From Klebsormidium nitens (Eukaryota; Plantae; Klebsormidiophyceae), in contig DF237365.1 of NCBI GenBank assembly GCA_000708835.1, positions 1-64,000 on the forward strand: a stretch of 64,000 nucleotides of DNA. Reading direction: 5' to 3'. Positions within the stretch are counted from its first letter, which is position 1; every line of letters begins with the position of its first letter. The position numbers and the translations under genes were made by a program. Positions 15,331 to 26,431 of this stretch are shown one piece after another. The notes below the pieces were generated by a model. That model was not told the DNA's origin. It saw nothing but the letters and a program-made list of their open reading frames with translations, and did no database searches.

Positions 15331-17588
15331 CTAGAAGTTGAAATCTGCCATGTATGCCTCAGGTAGAGGGGCATTCGTTCTCTCTTCTGCGGGTTTGCTT
15401 GGTAGAGATGGACTTGGCACAGAGCTCGAAGTGTAGTCCGATAGTGAGTCCCCAGTCAGCTTCATCTCCTCATCGACTGCACAACAAGAATGGTGACAAT
15501 GAATACCAATCATCCTACGAGGTTCAAGATTCACATGAGTACGGGACACCACGTGCTGCCAGAGTCAGAACCCCTGAGAAGTCACAACCAGTTAGCAACT
15601 CAACAACTGTAAATGGTGCGTGTACCAAGCTGTCAGTCTGGTGGCCCTCCCTTCCAAACGTCAACACAGCTACACCTTAGTGACAACAACAGCACTTAAA
15701 CGAGAAGGTCATTTTCCGCCTTAAAAGCGATTGTGAATGAGCGCAGCTACTTTGCAACAGTAATACAGATGCTTCGACAAAAGGGGGTCGCAGTATCGAG
15801 CTAGATTGAAAAGAGTATACTCTCTGGCTGTGGGTTCACCAGCCTCTTGGATCTGCTCAAAGCGTTTACTAAGTGGTTACTTTGCTAGCAGATTCCCGTA
15901 TGCAGAATTTCAGATGCACCAAGAAAGACAATCAACCTCGTAGGCGCACGTCCGTCCGCAACAATCTGTGGCCTGAGCTGTTGCGGCGAATGATTGGCAC
16001 GTTACCAGAACAAAAAAATTCTAGGGGGGGAAAATCCTGATACAGATTTCATCCTGGAAACTGTCAGGAAACCATGTTCTGAGCTTCAGCGTAAGCTTCT
16101 GAAGTACCTGGCAACGAACTACAACGTCTTTTAAACATAGGACCAGTTCGGGCAACACCACTCAGTGATTTTGGTGTGCAACAGTACGTACAGACAGTGC
16201 TATCTGCCGTCAAGACATGCTGTACCAAGAAAGTACTGCATATACCTTTTCAGTCCAACTCTTTGCTAACCCGAAGATGCCCTTGACTTGTAAATGTCCA
16301 ACCAGACTTTCGATTACAGACGTTCCAACCAGAATACCAGTTCGAGTGCTCGTCAAAGTGCATCTATGATGCGCACAGTAAAACTCAAGCAAAGTGTCTG
16401 ATTGGATGCCGCTTTCCAGCTTTCCGGAAGGAGGGACCTACGGATTTATTTTTAGGGTTCTGGGCACAATGCCGCTTTCAGACGCAGGAACCGAACTTTG
16501 CGATTGTCACAGCATTGCAAACTTACAACAACCAATTACAGTCAACGAAATTCTTTACACCGTAAAGTCCTCGACCTGAAAAAACCACCAACTGGTCGCT
16601 TTTGATTTGTAACTCGAATAGACGCTGCACATTCTTCTGCGCCACCAAGACATCAAGAATGCGGACATCTTGTCAGCACCTCCCCCAAATAACCCGCTTC
16701 CCATGTGGTTTGACCAAATTTTTGGACCTGAGGCCGATTCGAAGCCCTTGATTCCAACAGAAGCAGGTTACCACCACCATCGCCAGGACCACGGCAGCTC
16801 TCTTGCAAAAAGTTCCACTTACCAAAGTCAAATGCAGGGTGTTTCAGAACGGCCTCTAGCAGCTGCGTCCCTCGCAACGCGTTGGTAAGCGGGAGGTGGC
16901 CCGTTGGTGTCTCTGCATCCAACTTCCACAGGAAGTCCAGCGGAAACTTCCTGTAATCCCTGCGCTCCCCGACGGTCCATCCAATCTTCTCAAAGAAGAC
17001 CTTCCATGACCGCTTGGCCGCCGTCCAGATCTTCCTCTGCACGCTAAACCCAAACCGGCCATTGCTGTACGCCTTCCAGAGCCTGTCGATCGTGTCTATG
17101 TCCGTTTCCGGGATGAACTGCACTTCCGTGAAGTAGACCCACTTCCGCTTCACCGCCCCTTCGCCGGCGAGTACGCACATTAACCGCCGGGTCTCGTTGT
17201 CTGCTTCCTCCCACTCCCCCGCCGCAAGCTTGTCCCTCAGAAGCTCATAGCTGACGCCCATGTCAGATTTGAGGGGGACCTCCTCGACATTGCTCACCAC
17301 CTCCTGCTGCACATTTGCTTCTGCTGCCACGCTGACCGCTCGCCGGCGCCCTATCCTCCTTGACCCTCCCAGCTGTTTCCGCGCAAGCTCGACCGGAATC
17401 TGTTTCCTGTTACAGAGCCTGCTTGCAGCAGGACTTGACACCTGCTGCTTTTGACTGCAGGACGGGATGCCCCTCAGCACCGCCCATGACCCCTCCTGCG
17501 AACAAGCCCCTGCAGTGCCCTGCTGCAACGAAGCTGTTGCAAAGGAGTGACTAGCGACCGCTGCCTCCAAGCGCGCAGCGGCAGCCAT
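15331..17588 (-). CDS. GUN4: GUN4, Mg-chelatase-activating tetrapyrrole-binding protein, plastid-targeted; 2 exons (17588-16823, 15476-15331), 303 aa
   Basis: LRDKLAAGEWEEADNETRRLMCVLAGEGAVKRKWVYFTEVQFIP...GRFGFSVQRKIW...GHLPLTNALRGTQLL. Donor G|GTAAGT at 16823/16822 and an in-phase acceptor at 15477 give a tail ending AYMADFNF*. Confidence 0.93.
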
Positions 17589-18201
17589 GTTTCGCTCTGA
17601 GAAATAAAGAGCGCAACCCTACAGGTCCAGCCTACTTTAGGAATGTCCTCTAAGGTTGCTGCGTGAATCTTCACAAAGCTGGCAAAAGATACTTTGACAA
17701 AAGATTCACTGATATGGAAGTCTGCAACGTTCGCCGCAGAGGTCAATGCCGGCACTTTTCTGGCAGCCAACGAGTCAACCTGGGAACGACCTGTCTACCT
17801 CAAGTCCAAAATGAGCGACCTTGTCGGACCAGAATCCCCTCTCGTCCAAGCGACATGTACCTGAATTTTACTGTTGCCACCCTGCGCCAGCTAGAATGCG
17901 TCTTCCTTTCCGTCGAACTTGTGGTTTGTGGCTTCTCCCCAGAAACGATATTTGATTGGCCAAAAGCAGATTTCTTTGCTGCACAAAGACCTCATCTTGT
18001 CCGTCCACACTCTGAAAAGTGCAATCCATCGACGGCATGATTCAGTTCGGACACCTTGAAAGTTGACTCACGAGTACATTCGGACGCCATGATGGCCTGG
18101 CGGACCCTGACAGGCTGCCGCGCCAGAGAATGACCAGTTCAATCTGATCGATTGCAGTGCACTGAGTGTGCACAGTGCAGAACAAATTCGGACGCGTCCG
18201 G

Positions 18202-18944
18202 CAACCCAGCCTCACAGATTTTATGAGGAATCTCTCATATTACCCAAATCTCGGAAATGGTATTGAAGCCATAAGTCAATGACAAAAGTTCCATATTGGT
18301 ATGAGAAATTCAATAGAGTCTATGAGGAATTTGGCTGCCGCCGGCGCGAATATGTGCATCCCGGTGTGCTGCCGCCCGGCGGGCCCCGGGCTCAGCAACA
18401 TATCCACAGCGAGGTATCTGCGCCGTCCGATCGGCAGTGCAGGGCTTAATATCGACCGTGCAGGACGACCGAAGCGACCGTTTTGACCCACAAAGAATTG
18501 CGCGCCGCGACCGTGTGGATTGCAGTACATAAGGGCGGCGCCCCTTATTGGAGAGGGCGGCGCCCCTTATTGGAGGGGGCGGGGTGGTGGTACCCGACGG
18601 CTTGCCCCGGGTGCCACCAACACTGCAAGTCCACTAGCATTAGGGTCTCGCACACCGCCCGGCGAGCAACCGGGCCCTCCCTGTGACATTAGGGTCTCGC
18701 GGGCAACCGGGTGACAACCGGGCACTTTCCAGTGACATTAGGGTGTGGCGGTCACCTTATCCTAGGTTTTTAGTGTGCCCGGTACTTCCCTGTGACAACC
18801 GCCCGGGGACTCAAATTCACCATAAGGCCTGAACAGATTCTCCATACCGAACTGGAAGTTTCGTCATTGGCTTATGGCTTACTTCCCAATTGCCGGACTT
18901 GGATAATATGAGAGATTCCTCATAATAGCTGTGAGGCTGGGTTG
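18202..18944. mobile_element. Foldback/Mutator-like non-autonomous element with ~130-bp imperfect terminal inverted repeats and a flanking direct repeat
   Basis: 18202-~18330 (CAACCCAGCCTCACAGATTTTATGAGGAATCTCTCATATTACCCAA...GCCATAAGTCAATGAC) matches the reverse complement of ~18815-18944. CGTCCGG flanks both ends (18195-18201 and 18945-18951), extendable to GCGTCCGG. The interior has a 22-bp tandem duplication (18532-18575) and repeated GACATTAGGGT. Confidence 0.8.
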
Positions 18945-19410
18945 CGTCCGGAGGGCCAATGCCACCGGGCCGGCCCGCGTGCTCGGGCCGGGCAGCCCGG
19001 CGTTCCTGTGGAGCCGCCATCATTCATGACCATCGACCATAGCCTTAGGTACCAAACTTGTATAGCACTCAGGTGCCGGCAGAAGGGCCTAGCCAAACAT
19101 CTGAATGTGAGGAGCACCGTGGCGGCAGCTGCTCTTTGTCTCTTTGTGGCGGGTGTAAAGTTGAATCCTCCAGGAAATGAGTGTGTACATAGCGACAGGG
19201 GCTTCCGGGACCCATTGAGTGGCATTGGACTTGAGGTGGTAGCAAACGATCCCTTAAGTGCCGTTCCTAACCGTGTTGGTTTGGCCTAGCTGATCTAGGG
19301 GCTACAGAGCTGTTAGGTGCGCACGGCCCATTCATTGGCAGCTCGCCAGCTCTCTCCGCTTAGTTTTCACTAATTAACTGCTACTTATTGCTGGGTGGGA
19401 GAATTGGATC

Positions 19411-21248
19411 ATGGCAGATGCGTCGACCACTTCCACCACCACCAGCACAAGTGGTCGCCGGCTGGAGAACGGGAGAGTGCTGTATGGCACAACAAAGGAG
19501 CATTGCGAGAGCATGATCGAACACTCTTTGAAACACAGTGAGTCAGTTTTGAGCCGATAATCTCGCAGGTGGTGGTATAAATTTCCGGTGGACGAGCAAG
19601 GGAATCCGGTGCTGGCAAAAACTCAACAAACACAAGAGCTTCTTGCCTCCAACGTTGAAGGATCGTGAAAACATCCTTTAAAGAAGCTGGCAGAGAGATC
19701 TAACCTTTCAGGACATCACCCTGTCAAAAGCGATTTGCCTTACACTGGTGCCAATGTATGCGGAACTCCCCTGTGTATGCAGACAATGTCATCAAGTTTC
19801 TGAGAGAAGCCATGGAGAAGGCAGGCTGCCCCGTCGGTGACCGTTTCTTCTCCGCCATGAATTGCATGATGAATGCTGGTGGTGGATTTATGCCAGAGGG
19901 GGAGGGGGTGAGCCGTTTGAACCACATACTCTCTGACTCATGCAACAGTGTGTTAAACAGACTCTCTGATTGCGCTACTGGTCCAGGCCAAACCGGATAT
20001 CAGTACTTTCAAGTTTTTTGGCAGATGCTGACTCGTTTTGTCAGCATCTGTGAATGATGATGGCCAGACAGTTCCCCATCTGACAGGGCATAGATCCTTT
20101 CACCTCCACTTTCTAAGAGCTTGCGTACAAGCATCGAAGGACGGAAGGACCTCTTGGATCCGATTGACTCACAGAGGGCCACATCTGCCGCTCCTATAGT
20201 GCTCAGGAACTTTCTTCACAACTGGCGCACATGTTCGTTTGTTGGTCAACCTTTGAACCGGTGAAGGCTGCTGTTGATGGACTATTGAACCTCGAGCCCC
20301 CTGACGAAACGTTCAATGATAAAGACATGGTCCTGGGTGCAAGCAGATCAAGATCTGCTACAACAACGTCGTCTACCAGGATGAGGTGGACACAGGACTG
20401 GCACACGAGCTGATCCATGCATACGACCAATGTCGAGTGGCAAAACTAGACTGGGAAAACGTCCACCACCAGGCGTGCAGTGAGGTGAGCCACTTTCCAG
20501 CCGGCAGCATTGATGTCTTTCTCATTGGATCTAATGGACCCAGATGCATCAACCATGCAATATAGTAGGTCGCCGCTAGGGCGACTCGTCCTCATAGGTT
20601 ATACCAGCCAATCGGAGGCATACGTTGACCTTCTGCCTTTAAAAGTGTAGCCATTTGCGTGTGGATGCCCATGCACATCAATGAATGTAGCTTCTTGGTA
20701 TGGCCAGCCCTCGCTTGTACAAGAGTAATTTGAAAGCTGCGTTCAGTCATAATGGATGCAATTGAGTCGTCTGCTTCTTTACTGCGCAGATCAGAGCCGC
20801 GAATCTTAGTGGTGACTGCCACTTCAAGCGAGAAATAGCGAGGGGGAACTTCAACATACAAAAACAACATCAGGTGCGTCCTGCACAGACATCATTGCTC
20901 CACTTACACATCTCACAACCCGGTTTGCTGTTGCTCAACAAGCTTTTCCTCCAGAAAGTGCAACCTTGTCGAGCTCGCCATTATGTGGATTGCAAATTCG
21001 TTCACGATGCCTCCGACTGAACTGGAATTTGCCTCCGAATCCAACTGGCTCTCCATACATGCTTCTCCCTATTTGCATACAACCAACTCTAGAGAACATC
21101 GTGAGTGCAGGTCTGCGTTAGACGAAGAGCTGTACTTTCGGTTGCAACAAACCCAAACTGTACTTCCAAGCAAGCGGCTGAGGATGCGGTGGATGCAGTC
21201 TGGGCAAAATGTTACAAGGATACAGCACCATTTGATCGGATACCTTAA
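19411..21248 (+). CDS. ATP23: Mitochondrial inner-membrane metalloprotease ATP23, 5 exons
   Basis: VIKFLREAMEKAGCPV, GGGFMPE, LAHELIHAYDQCR (HExxH), HQACSE|IRAANLSGDC and VCVRRRAVLSVATNPNC...CYKDTAPFDRIP*; all junctions are GT-AG and in phase. Confidence 0.95.
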
Positions 21249-22268
21249 TAGATAATCATAGCAGTTGCAGGAAGCTGAGCTTATGTTTGTGGCATATTGC
21301 TTCCGCATTGCTGCCAGTCTCGGCGGCATGTTAGTCGGACGCTGCTCCGGGCCATATCTACCGGTTGCATGAATACCGTCGACATGCAACATCTGCCGCA
21401 TGCCCGTGGCATGCCAGCAGCTAGACACGGGAACTTATCGGACAGGATCAACTTACTTTGCGGACGTATTTACGTGAAGTATGCCATGCCATGATGCAAT
21501 GGTCACCGTCTTAAGAATAGACTGCAAGCTTAATTCAACATCAATATCAATATCAGTACCAATTATGTCAATGATTCAGTCGTATATCATCAGTGTGTCA
21601 CTAAATAAGACGGATCGACCATCATTATATACCATCATTATAATATACACGTGTATACTCGCTGGCAAGCACCATTGTGATCCGAAGTTCTTGCAGAAAT
21701 CTTCATCATTAAAATATATATAGAGCAAATTCGAGCTTAGGTTTAAGTGCAAAGTCATTATAACTGCGCGCGCGGCGCGCTCGATTTTATATAGTACAGC
21801 AAGGCGGCGTCCGGGCCACATTTGCGCATATGCAATCGGACATTGTGGTTAATTCTAGTAGATTGCATGCACTAACTGCCCGCAGGCTCCGGGGCCACAC
21901 GCTGACTGCTTCCAAGCTTGATGCGAACTCAGAAACCTTACTAAGAAAACTTAGTGTGAAGCGCAAGCCATGCACTCCTAATTAGTATGCAGTGCTTCGA
22001 ATTATCGATAATGCATGCCAAAACGGGCGCGACCCTATAACTACAGTCTATCATATGTAACAAAGCGAAGTCCCTTTGACTTAGCAGCAAAGCAGCAACT
22101 CCTACACCTAACTACTGTCTAGCCAGCCGCGCAACCGCGTAAGGCAACTGCGTCAAATCTTCTGCAACCCGCGTTACTGCAATGCAGTACACTTGCTGGC
22201 TTTCCTGCGGTCAAGTGTGAAATTACAGTCCCTTCCGACACCCTCGGTCCGATCACTAGCGTGCGGCA

Positions 22269-25200
22269 TCACGCTAGTGCTTTCATAAGCTGATCATAAG
22301 ACGTGAACATGATTGTCGAGCTCGGCGCAACCCACCAAACGCGCGACATGGTGCCGCGGAAGAATCCTTTCAACCCTTCGTGCCGGAGAATGGACTTTAC
22401 GGCGTCGATCGGGCCAGAGTAGTTGGTGCTGGAGGCGATGTTGCTGCGACCCTGGACTTGCAGCCGCGTCTTGATCACATCCTGCAAAGAAGCGAGGGCG
22501 GCTGAGGGCCACTCCAGCACGTACTGAGAGATTGCAAAGGAAATTGTCAAGCACAGGAGCCATACTCGCGGCCTTAGCTTCACACCCGCGTGGTCGAGAA
22601 AGTCGACTTGGATAACACGAGTCAGTTCAGTGGCTGAACGAGTGACGGGGCCGCGAGAGAAGGGCCAGCCATTCATCCAGACAGTTCATGTCCATTTAGG
22701 CGAACAGCGGCAGCTCGTTATTGGAGGGGATTCCTCAACACACCGACGGAGCAGATTGAAATGATGCGGAACGAGGCACCAACTTCATTCACCATCGTTC
22801 CTGCCGATCCCACCACAAGTTCCGGAAAGCAGTGCGGCGAAAATGTGTGACGAACGGAAGAAAAACGGACAACGAAGCCGCAGGGACTGACCGCGGGATT
22901 TGTGACCGCCGCTGCGACCGCACTGCTGCCGAACGAGGCCGCTAGCTCCCATTGCACGTCGAGTTGATCGACCTGCACAGACAATACGGCGAGCTGGGCA
23001 AATGGAGCTACGGAATGAAGGGTTTGGCGTCTACCCAACAGCGGGAGCCCTCTAGCCCATTCAGAATAAAGCAGGTGATTCTCTCGCTTGGGATTCCGTC
23101 AATGTCGAGGTTGAACGTTGCAAACAATGCTGAGGTCAGTCGCCAAGATGGCGGATTTGCAAGTCCAAGCCGTCTTGTCGACCGCGACTTTTAAGACAAG
23201 CATCTTCACTGGTGACAAAAGCTGGTTTCAAGCTGCCAGCAGGGTACGATGGAAGCTGATAATCAGCCGCGTTCTGCTTAGGGGAACGCAGACGCGAGAC
23301 TTTGAAGCGCCGCAAGAGGGTAGGACCTTGCGAGAGGAAAACAATACGAAGCGACTGACAATTTGAGGAGCAACGGGACGGAGGACCCACCGTTCCGACG
23401 CCTGTGTATCGGGCGGCCAATACTTTGGTTCCCTCCCACATGGGCAAGTAAATGGCGTTGAAGGGGCCCCACACCATCTGGCAGGCAAAGACAGAGAGAT
23501 TGCAGAGGTGAAGAGGAATCTTGCAGCGGAGACGTATGGCTAACAAAAAGCTGGGGTCGGACGACTTGATCCGGTTACGCGACTGCCGATGACAACACTT
23601 GTTGTTCGATTTCTGATGCTCAAAAGGGCCCGTAGCTTCCCTCCAAAAATTGCAGAGCGGTTCGAGACTACAGCAAAGGACTGTCGTTGAAAATAACAGT
23701 ACTTGCGAATCAAAGCAGTCGGTTTAGCGTAGTCGTTTCAAGATGGCAATCGATCATTTTAAGGCTTTCTTTGCGCTGCTGAATCCGACTTCGAAGCAAG
23801 AATGTGATGAACCCGACCTTCAGCAAAGTCTTCCAAAGGAATGATTACGAGTTGTATGCGAAGGTGACGCCATTCGACGCACCTGTGTCATGGCGAAGCC
23901 CCGATATAAAGCTAGTGGCCCTTCCGAACGAATGATGGTCCTCGCAGCGTCTAGCGACCCCTGCGAGAGAAGTGGGTCGTCAACAGACTTCGTGAAAAAC
24001 CTCCAGTTGATTAGCAGCTTTGTAGGAACAGGCACTGTTGGCGTTTTTCTGCTCCTTTCCGGAGTTGTCGCGAGTACCATCATAAACGGGAAGTCACATT
24101 TCCACGAATTTGCATCGGGTAAGATCCCAAACCTCGCTTGACTTCGAAACCTTGAAGGATGCAATCGGCTGACGATTGCTGATGTCAGGACACCTCTTCC
24201 TCGTCCGCAAGCACCATCCTTTCAAGCGTGGCAATAAGAGGGCTGACCTGATACGCCCCGCTGGTGTTGGTTTGCACTTGCTGACGTTGTCGGACCACTT
24301 CCAGGGGGACCATCGCTAGGGACTGGGCCACTGTAGCGATGACCCCCCCGGCGAATTGGGTCATCGGAGACTCCTCACTACCTGGAACCAAGACGTCAGG
24401 TGGGGTCAGGTGGTCGATCGCTCTGTTTCGCCACTCTGGCTCTTGAAACATGACATTACTACAGAGTGAGTCAATCCAGAGAGAAGTAACGACCGTGAGG
24501 CTGTGAAGGAGACTGGAAACGCAAGCTCGAGGTGAAAGGTTGCAGCCAGATCCAGGCCCACAATTGCAAAAGCGTTGATGTTGAGATTCATCGTTGACAT
24601 GTTGCAAGCCAGAAGAAAGTGGACAGAGTTCTGTGGCGGGTGTCTTCACACACCTGGCAGGAATTGTTTGGAAGCCTGGTATGCCCCCATGTACAGGGCC
24701 TGTGCGGGAGCCACTTGCGCCACTGTCCCAAAGCCCTGCCAAGAGTGTGGTCAGCAGCTTCAGCCTTATCTAAGGATGCCAGGGGTATAGCTGGTAAAGA
24801 ACCAACCTTCACGTTACGTTGGACAAGGGGTTGGGCATATTACTGGAACTTAGCTCCTTTGTTACCAGATCTTGTTACTGAAACACAAGGAATCTGTCGC
24901 TGCTACCTTCCCCGCTCCTGCCCCACCAACTGGATCAGAGCTTCTCAAACAAGAATACAATGGCCATTCAAAATATGCCAATGAATCGAAAGCATAACTT
25001 TTCCCAAGGGAGATTCCAAACTTCCAAGCTTCGTCCAGAGAGGATTTGTAGGTCAGCCAGCGGGAACAGTAAGGGCTTGCCTTGAAGAGTGTGCGCCAGC
25101 CCTCCCTGGCGGCTATGGTCCACAGTGCGTCCAGCGGCCCCTTGTATGCATATGCCACCTTCCCAGCAGCCTGCTGAGCACCCTGGACTTGCATCCTGCC

Positions 25201-25715
25201 AGCATGGAGATGAATAGACGTCTCTGCACTGTGTGAACTATCTGATATCAAGGAGGCATCAAGTAGGTCTGAGCCGAAAAGGTGGTACAGTTCTGACCGT
25301 CAGCATTGCCCACATGAGGTGCCCAGACAAGTCACAAAATATTCGAAAGCAGACCCTCTTCTTGCATGTACAACAACCAAGTGCAAGCCTGACCTGAAAT
25401 TAAATCACGCCACAGCTTCCGTTCTGAGCTACTTCAGTTGAGCCACCTTGCTGTTGATTGCAAACACGCTTTAGAATGTCGCCCTGCCTTTGTTTTGGGG
25501 AGCCAAGGAACATTAGATCTTGCTCCAAGACGTGCCCAGCTTTGACCGGAACCCGCAAGTAGTTCTTACCGTGACTTGACGGTACACATTGGATAAGTCA
25601 CACCGTCCGCCAGCATTCCTGCCACCCCTCCCGACAGCATTTGCTTGGAAAGCGTCCATGCCGGCTGTTCTTGGGCAAAGAGGAGGGCGGAGGGGTCCTG
25701 TCGGACTTCCTCCAT
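22269..25715 (-). CDS. Mitochondrial carrier family (SLC25) protein, tentatively SLC25A44-like, multi-exon
   Basis: Three carrier repeats: LSGGVAGMLADGVTYPMCTVKSR|MQVQG...EGWRTLFK; VPLEVVRQRQQV...EGPLALYRGF; TNPA|DVIKTRLQVQG...EGLKGFFRGTMSRVWWVAPSSTIMFTSYDQLMKALA*. ATG at 25715. The subfamily is inferred from the missing acidic residue in repeat 1. Confidence 0.9.
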
Positions 25716-26431
25716 GGCTCCTCTGCTTGCCCCCAAAGGAGACTACATAGAAACCAGGTGCGATCAGGTCCAGTAACCACACATTAATTCCAAGCAATCA
25801 GCTTTACTACGCAGTCAAAGCTACAGCATTACATCCTTAAAGAATAGTCTGTACGCGCAGGCCGCTACGAAATAGTTCATCGCAGCGCTCTAGCTGCAAG
25901 GGGGTGCAATAGGCAGCTGCCCCTAGATCAGAACAGCAGCAGGCCGGCGGCTGGCGGCCAAAGCCATCACCAACGCCATGCAAAGCGCCATTGTGCCGAT
26001 CGAAGTGTTTCTTCTAGAGCTGGTAAAAGGGTTTCAGGGCTTGCCCTTCTAGGAGTTTTCAAAACCCTTTTGCACTCTATCTGTGCCAGTGGCTAAATGG
26101 ATCAGGCGGCATGCAGTACGTCAGGCGGCCGCGCTAAGCTTCGCAAGCATTGGAATGGCCCGGCGCGCGCTATGCTTCCAAGTTGATGCACATACGCGCG
26201 GACAAAAGCACTCATCACCCTTGAGAGTCAATATATAATATATGTGCTACGAAGCCTAACGATCGGTATGCATACCGCCCGCTTGGAGCTCAATGAGAAA
26301 GGTCGGACAGCTCGGCCCAACAGTTCGGCGCGCCACTACTAAAGTCAACGTACTTGGTGCATTGTCCGTGCATACTTAGCTGATATGTACATTGCAACAT
26401 CTTGATTATCCTGAGATACAATCGTTCGCCA

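Noticed and set aside
16210-16579. Two short ORFs inside the GUN4 intron
   Set aside because: About 60 aa each, non-ATG starts, and no family motif I can recognise.
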